In this document: piece after piece, positions 10,410-22,075 of the stretch
Layout of the letters: every line of letters starts with the position of its first letter
Numbering within the stretch: the stretch's first letter is position 1
Assembly (NCBI GenBank): GCA_030265395.1
Contig: JARFYF010000112.1
Span: forward strand, 36,587,729 to 36,651,495
Source: Rhina ancylostomus
Lineage: Eukaryota
Direction of reading: 5' to 3'
Length of the DNA: 63,767 bases
Translations under genes and position numbers: made by a program
Notes under the pieces: generated by a model
What the model was told of the DNA's origin: nothing
The model's input: only the letters and a program-made list of their open reading frames with translations
Database searches by the model: none

Positions 10410-12500
10410 TACCCTCTCCACATACATCCTCACAATCTCTCCATATTCCTCAATCCCAACTATCCACCACTACACAGATCCCTCAATTGCACCAACCTTG
10501 CATCCCGTCTGCCCTACATTTCACTTTATTGCACCCTCTGTCTCCAAATATCCCTTAACTCCATTACCAAGCTCTATCAATTGTCCCAGTCCCACCTATC
10601 ACCCTTCCACCAATATCCATCAATCTATTCTTCTGGCTCTAAACATTCCATACTACCATCTACCAATCCTTTCCACATACCTATATTCATTCATTCCAGA
10701 AGACCTGTCAATTCCACCTAATGGATTGCTCGAAATATCTCCAACTCCCCTCTATACACCTTCTCAGATTATCTTTCTATCCACTACCCACAATCTTAAA
10801 CATTCCTCAGTTCCACCGAACCACGTCCTGCCCTCACTCTTACCTAGTCGCATATTACAGACACCCCAAATCCACTGATTGACTCTCTCCAAGTATCATT
10901 CCATCTTCCTTCTTCCCAAATGGCCCTTAATTCCACTCTCTCATCCTCTCCTCATCCCATTTAGCCATTTACTTTAAAAGTGCCTTCATCCTACCTCGCA
11001 TTCTTCTCCAAATATCCCTCAGACCACCTATCCATCCTCTCCAAATATGCCACTATCTCAGTTATGCTCGGACTCTAATGCCACCGAGTAACTATTCCGT
11101 ATCCTTCAGTTGAACCTATTGCGCAACAACAAACATATCCCAATCTCACCCCACTCTCCTTAAATATCCAGCAACAATCCCATGCACCCTCCGTCTCCAA
11201 ACATCCATGAATCCTACCTACCAATCTTCTCCCATATCTCTAATCATTCTTTCCAAACATTCTTTAATCCATCGATTATTTTTTCCAATATCTCCACAAT
11301 CCCACCAATACATCCTCTCAGTCCATCTCACCCAAATACCTTCTACAACTATCCAAAATATTCCTCTTCACCACCAACCCTTCCTCCCCAAATATCCCTC
11401 AGGGCCACTACCCAGCTTTTTCAATCCCAAACTACCCATTCCCCAAATATCGCTTAATCCCACTACTCTGCTTCTATAGATATCTTTACACTTGACCCTT
11501 TACACTTCCAAAAGCATATAAATCCCACCAGTGTTCCTTCACCAAATATCCATCAATCCCATCTTCTCATAATGTCATTGAGTCCTACTGCAGAGAAACA
11601 GCCACTTTGGCCCTCCATTGCCATGCCAACTATCAAAGACTATCCATACTAATTCCATTTACCAGCACTTAGTCTTCTATGCCTTGGCTATATAATCTCC
11701 CTAATATCCTAATGTCCCTCAATCCAATCTAACCATCTCTTAAAAATCTCATCCAACCACATTATATTTTCTGATGCTATCAAAGGAGCATCCCTTCCAC
11801 CATTATTCTCCAAATACTCTTGGGCTCCAAACCACCCACCTTCTCTAAATATTCCCTAATCTCATCTACTGTCCTTCCAAATTCCTCCAATCTCACCTCC
11901 ACTACCTCTCTGACTATCCTTTCTTCTCCAAAGTGCCTAAATCTCATTCTCTACCTCTCCAAATACCCCTCAATATAACACACCTTCCCTCTACAAATAT
12001 TCTAATCCCACACCTCACCTTCTCTAAATTTCCATCATTCCTTCCTACCCACATTATCTAAATACTTTCAATCCCACCTACTCCTTCTTCAAATATGCCC
12101 CCTTTCTACGTGGCTCCTTCACAAATATATTTCAATCCCACCCAGCCAATCTGTCAAATATTATCTCATCCCACCTCTCCTCCATCTCTGAATATTCCTC
12201 AACTCATCTCCTTTCACCTCTCCAACCCACCAACCAACCAACCTGCATACCCTCATCTTCCTCCATAGATCCCATGATGCAATTTTCTCCATCTTACCCT
12301 TTTCATTCTCCAGATATCCCTGAATGTCTACAAATATCTCATAATCCCTCTGTCCTCCTCTAAGTATATCCCAATCTCATCTGCTGTCCTTCTCCAAATG
12401 CACTTTAATCTTACCCACCCACTTTCTCCAAATGTCAGCAATTAATTCCACATTCTCCAAATTGCCCCCACTCACACTAACCCATCCTCCTCCTCCTCTC
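10410..12500. repeat. Ancient degenerate minisatellite (about 30-33 bp unit), strongly G-poor on + strand
   Basis: Recurrent ctccaaatatccctcaatcccac-like motif (for example near 10541, 11006, 11386, 11441, 11541, 11957, 12309). Confidence 0.75.
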
Positions 12501-12914
12501 CTTCTGCCTGAGTTATTTTCATCTCTTAATCATTTTCATCTTCCAAACACCAATAGTTTTATGAAAGGTTACTGATGTGAAGTAGTCCATTTAACCTGCA
12601 AGAACTGTAACCTTGCTCAATTTAACAAGCTGTCTGATTTAACTATAATTTTGCCTGTGTTTCATTCTCAGTCAGGACAAAAGGCATAATTATGTGGGAG
12701 AAGAGGACCAACAGACTGCTGTCCCATCATTCTACAATATACAAGGATCTCTTAAAGACTCAGCAATATTTCAGGAGCCTTTTCTAACTGGTTTAATTCA
12801 TAACATGGGGTTAGACCTTGGTGTTGAACTCTTTAAATAATGGAATACAAAAAAGAAATACTTTAATTTAACCCAGTGTCTTTCACTTGCCCTGGATCAG
12901 TCACCCAATTTATA

Positions 12915-13285
12915 CAGAGCAAGTGGTGCAGCTAGTAGATCCGTTGCCTCGCAGTGCCAGAGACCCAGGTTCAATCCTGTCCTTGGGTCCTGACTGTGTG
13001 GAGNNNNNNNNNNTTTGCATGTTCTCCACTTCACTGTGTGGGTTTCCTCCAAGAGCTCTGGTTTGCTCCAACATCCCAAAGGAGTATGGATTGGTGGGTT
13101 AATTGGACACTGTCAGTTGTTCCTAGCATGTAGGTGAGTGGTAGAATCTGGGGGGAGTTGATAAGAATGTGGGGAGAATAAAAAATGGAATTTATCTACG
13201 ACTAGTGTAAGTGGATGACTGATGATCAGGAGAGACTTGGTGGGCTGAAGGGCCTGTTTCTGTGCTGTATCTCTCTATGACTCTA
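12915..13285 (+). mobile_element. V-SINE (HE1-like), full length
   Basis: gtggtgcagctagtag (A box)...cccaggttcaatcc (B box), V domain, tail gggcctgtttctgtgctgtatctctctatgactcta. Confidence 0.85.
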
Positions 13286-13589
13286 AGCGGCCACAAACAG
13301 CAAGTGATAATGAGCAGATGATCTGTTTTAGTAATGTTAATTGAAAAAGGAAAATCAACCTGGATAACCTGTCTTGTCTTCTTGAAGCGAGTGCTAGGGA
13401 ATCTTTGACCTTCACCAGGGATTTAATTTAACATTTCATACAAAAGCCACAGCCCTAATACTGCAGCACTGCCTCTGTGCTTTGCTGGAGCATCAGTCTG
13501 GATTTCTGTGCTGGGGACTTGCACGTAGTTAGTTGTGCCTTGGGGTGGCACTGTGATGTGGGAGTTAGCACTGTCCCCATCAACCCTCA

Positions 13590-14105
13590 CTAATTTTATC
13601 CGAATGCATCACAGCTTGATATGGTAACTGCTCTACCCGAGATCACCAGAAGTGTCAGAGAGTTGTGGGCACAGCTCAGCACATCACGGAAACCAGCCTC
13701 CCCTCCATGGACTCTGTCCACATTTCACACTGCCTCAGAAAGGCAGCCAACATGATCAAAGATCCCTCCCACCCCTGACAGAAGATACAACACCCTGCAA
13801 GCATGTACCACCAGGCTCAAAGACAGCTTCTATCCAGCTGTTAAATGACTATTGAACAGTTCCCTAGTGCAATAAGATGGGCTCTTGACCTCACAATCTA
13901 CCTCATCATGTCTTTGCACCTTATTGTCTGCCTGCATTGCACTTTCTCTGTTACTGTAACACTATATTCTGCATTCTGTTATTCCTTTTCCCTTGTACTA
14001 CCTAGATGTACTGATGTGATGAAATGATCTGTATGGATGGCATGCAAAACAAAGTTTTTCACTGTAGCCGGGTACATGTGACAATAATAAACCAATTTAC
14101 CAATC
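13590..14105 (+). mobile_element. Rex1/Babar LINE 3' end
   Basis: cctcccctccatggactctgtc...accaccaggctcaaagacagcttctat...gacaataataaaccaat. Confidence 0.75.
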
Positions 14106-14109
14106 TATA

Positions 14110-14410
14110 ACTAACTCTGAGCTCCTGTGATGTGGGTTCAATGCTGATCTCCGCTACTGTCAGTGCTGAGTTTGCCCATTCCCCTGTAACCATGTACATT
14201 TCCCCGGGTGCTCCAGTTTCCTCCCACATCCCAAAGACATTCTGGTCTGTTAATTAACCACAGTAAGTTATTCCTCAGTGTAGAACGGAAAGAAAATTAA
14301 GGAGGAGTTGATGGACATGCATGAGAATGTGTTGTGTGGCTACAAAGAAGAAGGGGGACGGGATTGTTCTGCAGGAGCTGGTATAGATCCAATGGGCTCT
14401 TCTGTGTTGT
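14110..14410 (+). mobile_element. Degenerate V-SINE
   Basis: gggttcaatgctgatctcc...ccgggtgctccagtttcctcccacatcccaaagac. Confidence 0.65.
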
Positions 14411-14501
14411 AGTATGTCAGAGTAGTGTGTAAGGGAAGCTCCCTCTGAATGGGGCCCACTGCCAGGTGAAGAAGTATGTCAGACAAGAGGATTGTTCTCA
14501 C

Positions 14502-14553
14502 ATTGAATGAGAAGGACCGAGATGAGCAATAGCAAGATCGGCACCACCCTCAT
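14502..14553 (-). CDS. Candidate signal-peptide (leader) exon of an unidentified secreted or membrane protein
   Basis: Minus strand: acceptor gattgcttttcag, 4 nt, then ATG...MRVVPILLLLISVLLIQ plus 1 nt, then donor gtgaga (phase 1). Exon 14502-14557 lies in unique, non-repeat sequence. Confidence 0.5.
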
Positions 14554-15148
14554 AAATCTGAAAAGCAATCCGTAGAAATCAATATTTTTCATTAAGGCTG
14601 AACAAGAGGTGGCTATTATCAGGAGAAATCTGTTTAAGTTGATGTGGCGATGAAGTTCAGGGACTGGGGATATGGAGAGGTAATAAAGAGAGGAACAAAA
14701 AGATAAAGACATGTGTTCCTGGGTAAAAGCTTCACTCGTTCACTCCATCCATTAATATGATTGGGCTGAATTACTGAGGTCTCCAGCCGCTGACTTTATC
14801 AAATGGATGTGGTTTTGCAGAGATATTGCACTTCCAGAGAAATTCACCCTGTATAATCATCATTTCAGTTAATAACAAGCAAAGAGAAAAGATGTGTGTC
14901 CTAACCGTTGTACATTCTTTACCCTCGTGAAGTGGCAGTCTGTACAGTGGGCAGTGGGATGATGATTTAATCCTGTCAGAGGATATTCAGTGCATAGAGA
15001 ATGAAAGGATCTTAAACAATGCTGTGTGTAGCAGTGCTGGCTAAGAGTGGGAGCAATGGACTTTCTGTGGAATTATCAGGAATTAATCAAGGTATGTCCT
15101 GGGACTCCCCCATTTCTAGCAAACATGCTAGGGTTATAATTTTCTCAT

Positions 15149-15149
<1 letters not shown>

Positions 15150-15222
<73 letters not shown>

Positions 15223-15337
15223 NNNNNNNNNNNNNNNNNNNNNNNNNNNNNNNNNNNNNNNNNNNNNNNNNNNNNNNNNNNNNNNNNNNNNNNNNNNNNN
15301 NNNNNNNNNNNNNNNNNNNNNNGTGTGTGTGTGTGTG
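15150..15337. repeat. (TG)n microsatellite spanning an assembly gap
   Basis: Perfect TG run on both sides of 100 N. Confidence 0.98.
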
Positions 15338-15477
15338 GTATGTATTATGTACTGTACATGTACTGTCTGAGTACAGGACCAGCTTCAGTTCATTACTCTT
15401 GGTCTGGAGGTGGTCTATGATGCTCATGAATTGGGCTCAGCCTTGGAAGAAGGTACATAAGCCAGTTACTGATTGCA

Positions 15478-15690
15478 TCCAAGACTCTGGAACCTGGAGC
15501 AAAAAACAAACCACTGGAGGAACTCAGTGGGTTGAGCGGATCTGTGAGAGGAAAGGAATTGTTGATGTTTCGGTTTGAGACCCTGCTCCATTCTCTGTCC
15601 TGACGCAGGGTCTTGACCTGAATCATCAACAATTCCTTTCCTCCCACAGATACAGCTCAATCTGCCAAGTTCCTCCAGCAAATTGTTTGT
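15478..15690. mobile_element. Inverted pair of Penelope-type terminal repeats (hairpin-forming)
   Basis: ctggaggaactcagtggg...gaggaaaggaattgttgatg pairs with catcaacaattcctttcctc...gttcctccagc. Similar pairs at about 16318-16485, 21100-21260, 23648-23760 and 34290-34470. Confidence 0.65.
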
Positions 15691-16539
15691 TACACCTAGG
15701 GAGCTGTCTGAGCAGCCAGGAAACGCATGAGGATGGGGGTATGAAAAGGTCTTTTTATTCTTCATGCTCCTTCCTGTAAAGGCTTTTAATTCATCAGCTG
15801 ATAAGCCACAAACAAATTTTTATATAATTTCCAACAAGTATTTAATTGGAACCCTAACCCTAACCTGTGCCTTACTGGAGATAGCAGTGCAGATCGAAAG
15901 CATCCACCCACAGTCCCAACAGCGCCAACATGTGTTAGCTGAACATCCACTGGTTGATTCTACTGCCGCCTGACTGTGTAAAGTATTGAGTTTTTGCACA
16001 GAGCTCAGTAAGATGCAGGGCAGTTTAAACAGGAGAGCCAGCCAGCAGGCAAAGTCACCAAGTTCAGTCCCTGTGGCTCACAGTCACAGGGCATCAGTGT
16101 CACCTGGAATGGGTCTCTCAGTATTCCAGACCACACACCTCCACACCATGCTGAACTCTCACCCCGACAAAATGTGTCAGACCTTCAGCTCTGAAACATC
16201 ACGAATGGTGTCCATGGAGTGTGAGGTGTTGAAGTAATAAAGTCCAAATAATGTCAAAATGAAAGCAAGAAGTGATATTGTCCACACTCATCCAGGATAT
16301 TTTGAAAAATCAACAGACCACAGATGCTGGAAATCTGGAGTCAAAACAGAAAATGCTGGAAACACTCGACAGGTCAGACAGTATCCATGGAGAGAGAAAC
16401 AGAGTCAACATCTCAGATCAAAGACCCTTCACTGGAATTTAGATGAGTGATTAACCTGCTGAGTTTTTCCAGCATTTTCTGCCTTTATTCCAGAAACACC
16501 TTTACCATGTATTGCTCAGTCCCCAGTCCTGGCCTCAAT

Positions 16540-17300
16540 GCCTATCTCCACACCCCTCCACTCACTCACACTTCCTTCTTCCCTCACTCAATCATTTCCC
16601 TCCCTACATTTCCACTCACTTTCCCTCATTCCAACTCCCTCATCTTTCTCTCTTTTCTACTCCCTCACTGCCTCTCCCTACTCCTCATTTTCTCTCCTTC
16701 CCTCACCCCCTCCTTCGCTGTGTCTCNNNNNNNNNNGTGTCTCCCTCCCACTCCACACCTGCACTCACTGTCCCTCTCCACTTCCTCATGATCTTGCCCT
16801 CCCTCTACACTCCCTCAATCTTCCTCCCTCGCTCTCGTCCATTCCACACCTGTCCTCCCTCCTCAATTTTTCCCTCACTTTCTCTATCCCAACTCTCTCT
16901 CTCTCTCCACTCCCCCATCCTCTCTCTCCCGGCTCCCTCACTTTCCCTCCCCACTCCCTTGTGCTTTCTCCCCCGTCTACTCCCTCTCCTTTCTCTCAAT
17001 CTTTTATTCCCCACTTTTCTTCNNNNNNNNNNNNNNNNNNNNNNNNNNNNNNNNNNNNNNNNNNNNNNNNNNNNNNNNNNNNNNNNNNNNNNNNNNNNNN
17101 NNNNNNNNNNNNNNNNNNNNNNNNNNNNNNNNNNNNNNNNNNNNNNNNNNNNNNNNNNNNNNNNNNNNNNNNNNNNNNNNNNNNNNNNNNNNNNNNNNNN
17201 NNNNNNNNNNNNNNNNNNNNCTCTCCCTGTCTCTCCCTCACTCTCCTTCCTTCTTTCTCTGCACCTTCTCTCCCTCCTCCTCCATCTCTCCTCCCTTGGG
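16540..17300. repeat. CT-rich low-complexity tract with gaps
   Basis: Nearly purine-free + strand; source of spurious L/S/P-rich ORFs. Confidence 0.9.
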
Positions 17301-18019
17301 AGCTTCTCACCCTCACTCGACATTGTACTCGGGGCCCTGATCACCAAGCCCTTGTCCTGAACTTACTCATGCAGAATCTGGACACTTTGTTTTCTGAATC
17401 TGCCCCCATTCAACACAGTTCATGTGCTGGGCAGTCTGGGAAATGAGAAGCACCTTTCATGGAGCAGAGTTCACCTGCCCCCTGCTGCGGACAACCAGCA
17501 AGACAGTGTTCTCTGCTGAAGCACGGCCCCTATCCTTAGGGGGAGGAACTTGATGGATCATTAACCAGATCTCATTTAGCCAGGGATCAAGACCTTTCAC
17601 AGAAGGAGAGGAGGATTAAACACTGGAATATGCGGAATTAATGACTGAGGTGAATCTCCTCAGAGAGCTCAACAGAGGTTGCGGCTGAAATAATGAGCTG
17701 AAGGCTTCACACTGAGACTCAGCCTGGGAGATTTCCACTGAAGATCACATGCTGGGTGCAAACCCTTGCTGTTACCATAGAGAGTAATCAAAACCTTCCC
17801 AAGACGTCTTCTTGTGAAAACCTCTTCGCATTGTCTCTAAATGCACATTCACTGTCCTGAGTTCAGACTCATGGAACAGGAGACACAAGAGACTGCAGAT
17901 GCTGCAAGAAATAAGCTGCTGGAGGAACTCAGCGGATCAGGCAGCGTCTGTCAAGGGAAATGGACAGTCGGCATTCTGGATGGAGACACTTCATCTGGAC
18001 TACCCAGAACAGAGGCAGC

Positions 18020-18590
18020 CCCCAAAGCCCTGGGAGGGACTGAGGTCACAGTCCCGGGATGTCCCAGTCACAATCTAGGTTGTAATGTGGCCTAAAACCC
18101 AGGGACATACCAGCAAAAATCTTAAAAGGACTGAGGCCCACAGTCCAGAAATATCCCAGTCTTGCCCTCAGTGGTACTGGGGAGAATACATGAAAAGCAT
18201 CACACTAGAGCCCTGTGCTTCACTGAGGCCCACAGATCAGCAGTAACCTAGTGATGCTCTTGGTGCTACTAAGTTACATAGGGAAGGGACATTCCAGATA
18301 CCTCCTGGATGATCCTGAGATCCACAAGCTTGGAACATTCTTGTAATACCTTGCCAAATATTAAGGCCACATGAAAACCTTCCATCATGCTGACTGGCAC
18401 TGAGTGCCAGAGAACAGGGGTGATCTTATACCGAGGCCAACAGGCCAGAAAAGACTCATGATGTTACATTGTCTCACAGGCCAGTGATATTCCAGAAAAT
18501 TTCAGGTTGTACTGGGGCCACAGGTTAAGGAAATCCCTATAATGTGCTGGGATATATTGAGACCCTACTGACTGAAATGTTCCAGCAACA
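18020..18590. repeat. Degenerate ~45-bp tandem array
   Basis: Recurrent actgaggcccacag...atatcccagt; resembles the reverse complement of the 46-bp unit at 18827-18974. Confidence 0.55.
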
Positions 18591-18826
18591 CTCTATGTGT
18601 TACATAAGAGTATGTGAACTGAGAGAAGCAGTAGGTGACCTGCCTGTTGCTCCATTTAATGAGATCAGTGTTGATTTGTTTATGACTTCAACTCTACATT
18701 TCTGTTTGTTCCTAGTAACCTCTCATCCCATTAATCATCAGGTGTCTGTTGACATCTGCCTTAAAACATTCAGACTCTGCTTCCACTGCCCAGATTATTA
18801 TTGACATATCTTCTGCTTCTGGGTCT

Positions 18827-18974
18827 CCCAGGCCATTACTGGCATATCCCCAGCCCCTGGGTCTCAGTACCACCCAGGCCATTACTGGCATATCCCCAGC
18901 CCCTGGGTCTCAGTACCACCCAGGCCATTAATGGCATATCCCCAGCCCCTGGGTCTCAGTACTACCCAGGCCAT
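18827..18974. repeat. 46-bp tandem repeat, about 3.2 near-perfect copies
   Basis: cccaggccattactggcatatccccagcccctgggtctcagtacca starts at 18827, 18873 and 18919, with a partial copy at 18965. Confidence 0.95.
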
Positions 18975-19228
18975 GAAAGGCAACAACAAGATCTTCCACA
19001 TCAAGCCGTATCCCTGGATTCCTTTAATATCCAAAAATCTCTGTCTTGAATTATTTCAATGACCAAGCCTTCACAGATCTCTGGGATGCAGAACTGGAAA
19101 GTCCTACTACTATCTGAGTGAGAAAAATACTTATTTCATTCTTAAATGGCCTAACCCTTATTTTGAGAGTGTGATTCCTAATTCTAGTTTTAAATTTCTA
19201 CTTGTGACTTTGTGCTTTAAAGGGATGC

Positions 19229-19560
19229 CATAGAGTCATAGAGAGATACAGCATGGAAACAGGTCCTTCCATGCCAAACATCAGGCACCATTTTTGACAC
19301 TGATCCTACCCTGACCCATTTTATTCTCTCCCCTAATTCTACCACCCACCAACACACCAGGGCCAATTGATAGTGGCCAATTAATCTACTAACCTGCATG
19401 TCTTTGGGATGTGGGAGGAAACCAGAGCATCTGGAGGAAACCCAAATGGCCGCAGGAAGAACATGCAAACTTCAAACAGGTAGCGTCCAAAGTCAGGATT
19501 GAACCAGGGTTACTGGAGTTGTGAGGCAACAACACAACCAGTTGCACCATTGTTCCACCC
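19229..19560 (-). mobile_element. V-SINE (HE1-like), full length
   Basis: Reverse complement of head, V domain and tail as in 12915-13285. Confidence 0.85.
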
Positions 19561-19629
19561 AAATGTTTCAAATCATTTATAATTTCTTTTAATACTAACA
19601 ACCATCTGTCTATTGTCATATCCTTTAAT

Positions 19630-20160
19630 ATAGAACATAGAGCATAGAACAGCACAGCACAGGAAAAGGCCCTTCTGCCCACTATGTCTGTGTCAATCTT
19701 GGTCAATGTTAACTAATCCCATCTGCCTGCACGTAGTCTGAATCCTTCCATTCCCTGCCTGACCATGTGGCTGTCTAACCTCTTAAACATTGCTATTGTA
19801 TCTGCTTCCACTATATCTCTTGCAGTGCGTTCCAGGCACCTGTCATTCATTGTGTAAAAAAAACTTGCCTGGTAAGTATCTTCAAAAAACGTAAATATAG
19901 TTTCCCAATCCACCCTGGCCAACCAGCCCCTCATAACTTCATAATTTCCTTCATTGAGTTGCAAACGTTGGTTCCAAATTAAACTAAATCATTTTCTAAC
20001 TTAATGTAAAATTCTATCATACATAGAATGATGACACTCTTTCCTTTAGGCTGCTTTTCAACAAGATAATTAATCTCGTCGCATAATACTGAATCTAAAC
20101 TAGCCTGTTCCCCAGAAGTTTCCTCAACAGGGTGATGCAGAAATCCATCCCATGCACACT
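19630..20160 (-). mobile_element. CR1 LINE 3' end plus endonuclease-region fragment
   Basis: atagaacatagagcatagaac tail; minus-strand NEGNYEVMRGWLARVDWE and LDSVLCDE motifs typical of CR1 ORF2. Confidence 0.7.
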
Positions 20161-21344
20161 TCAGCAGTCCTAAGCTGTTAGGCACAAAGACCAAAGAGCC
20201 TCACATTTGACAGTGCATGCAAGATTGCGACCTCAGTGAAATGGCAGTGAGGAATAACAAAGACTTCCATCCATTTCCAGGCATAAATGTGACTGTTTTC
20301 TATTGTCCAAAGGCAGCAGTGAAAGCTGGTTTCAGACAGAGAACTTTGAGCATAAAAGAGGTACAAATTCTGGGTACAGCTAACCTCTGAGCGCCTGTTG
20401 CTTTAAGAAGACAAAGTTCAGTAGGGATCCAGAGGGAAGGGCACATAGCAACAATGTCCAAATCCAAACACAGCACAACAGATAGCTTTATCAATGCAAA
20501 CCTGCAGAACGAGGGAAAATTTCTAACAGGGAAGCACAGAGAGGGAGTCAGCATATCATAGCTGATGAAGGCAAAGCCAAATTTAATTTGTACATCACTA
20601 AGGTCCCAGTAAATTGGAAGATGAACTTCAAAATGTTGTTATGTGGCTCATAAGGCCTGCAAAATTGTGGAAAATTAATATCATTCTTTTACTAATAGTA
20701 GCAGTTTGCGAAAATCATGGGCATATTTGCTTCTTGGGGGAAAAAGCTTAAACTACTAAAACAAAGCTTTTTAAAAACATTGACCATTGTCCCTTAGCTG
20801 TTAGGAAGCAGGCGCTGCCCTTCTGCAGTTATCCTTCAGAGGAAGGATATGTCCGTCCATCCTTCAGAGAGGACCAGGTGACAAATGGATGACACACTGC
20901 ACTGACAGCTGGGAGAGTCAGGGTTGCTTTGCTTCCTCTCAGCCCTGGGCAGAGGGTCTGAACAGGCTGAACCCTCAACCCAATAATCCCAGCCCAGGAG
21001 CAGATCCCACCAGACTGCCAAATGCCCCTCAACTCAATACATTTTCTTCCAATGCATCAACACATTTCCTGTTTCCACCTTTAACAATGCACCTGTGAAG
21101 CAAAACACAAACAAGCTGGAGGAATTCAGCAGGTCAGGGAGCATCTGCGGAGGTAAATGGACAGTCATTTGTCCAGTTCCCTCTACACATCCTGCCAGGC
21201 CCACAGAGTCCCTCCAGCTGTTTGATTTTTGCTCCAGATTCCAGTATCTGGAGTCTCTTGTGGCACCAATAGAACAGCTGTTACACAGGATCAGGCCTTT
21301 CAGTGTCCAGTCACAGCGAGATCCGAGACTGACTACTATTTATT

Positions 21345-21545
21345 GACTACAACTCCACCTTCAATATTATCATTCCAAGTAAACTCATCACCAAACTCCT
21401 AGACCTGGGACTCAACGCCTCCCTTTGCAACTGGATCCTTGACTTGCTGACCAACAGACTGCAATCAGCAAGGATAGGCCACAATACCTCCACCACAATT
21501 ATCCTCAACACTGGTGCCTCACACTGCTGCATCCTCAGCCCCCTA
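21345..21545 (+). mobile_element. Rex1/Babar RT fragment
   Basis: Translates DYNSTFNIIIPSKLITKLLDLGLNASLCNWILDLLTNRLQS...IILNTGA...ILSPL. Confidence 0.85.
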
Positions 21546-21564
21546 ATTTATTCACGTAGGCTGT

Positions 21565-21909
21565 TTCCAGGAATGTAATACAGACTGCAGTGCAGAACTA
21601 GTACAGAAGCAACAATCTCCACAAAATCAGAATTTAGGTCAGGTTATGTGCAGCACCCACACCAACAAGAGGAAGTAACAGAACCTTAAAGTCACAGTCC
21701 TGGTCATATGCTGGCATTTGGTGATCCAGATGGACACTGAGACAGTGTGTTCCGCAGCAGCTGAAGAAATGTTCACGCACTCTCAGCTCGAAGCACATCC
21801 AGTCGCAAGACTTGCTCAGGTGAATTTCGAAACGGATTATGTGCTAATGCAAATGTAAGTCATGTGAGTGTATGACATGGTGATATCAAACGTGTGATGT
21901 GAGCACATG
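21565..21909. promoter_or_regulatory. Candidate enhancer/promoter motif cluster
   Basis: GAS TTCCAGGAA (21565-21573), ETS AGGAAGT (21670-21676), E-box CAGGTG (21817-21822), octamer ATGCAAAT (21847-21854), M-box/muE3-like AGTCATGTG (21858-21866), CACATG (21904-21909), all in unique sequence. Confidence 0.35.
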
Positions 21910-21987
21910 TTAGTCTACAGCCAAGTAGACACCCACCTTCTGATCTTCAAGTGTGTTTAGATGTTGTTATTGTTGGCATTTATAGTT

Positions 21988-22075
21988 GGAGAAAGAGAGA
22001 GAGAGAAAGAGAGGCAGAGAGAGAGAGGCAGAGAGACAGAGAGGGGGAGGGAGAGCAAGACAGAGAGAGAGAAAA
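21988..22075. repeat. GA-rich microsatellite
   Basis: Imperfect (GA)n/(GACA) run. Confidence 0.9.

Noticed and set aside
16447-17446. Long ORFs of 114-302 aa (also 10348-10878 and the poly-VC ORFs near 15019-15578)
   Set aside because: They arise from CT-rich, minisatellite or (TG)n sequence and N runs that lack stop codons.
18827-18974. CRISPR-like appearance of the 46-bp, ~39-bp and 32-bp arrays
   Set aside because: The units are contiguous with no unique spacers, no cas genes are present, and the context is vertebrate.
20560-20590. Other CTGATGA hits (about 1302, 2850, 3604, 20563) as hammerheads
   Set aside because: None has a correctly placed GAAA after a helix II.
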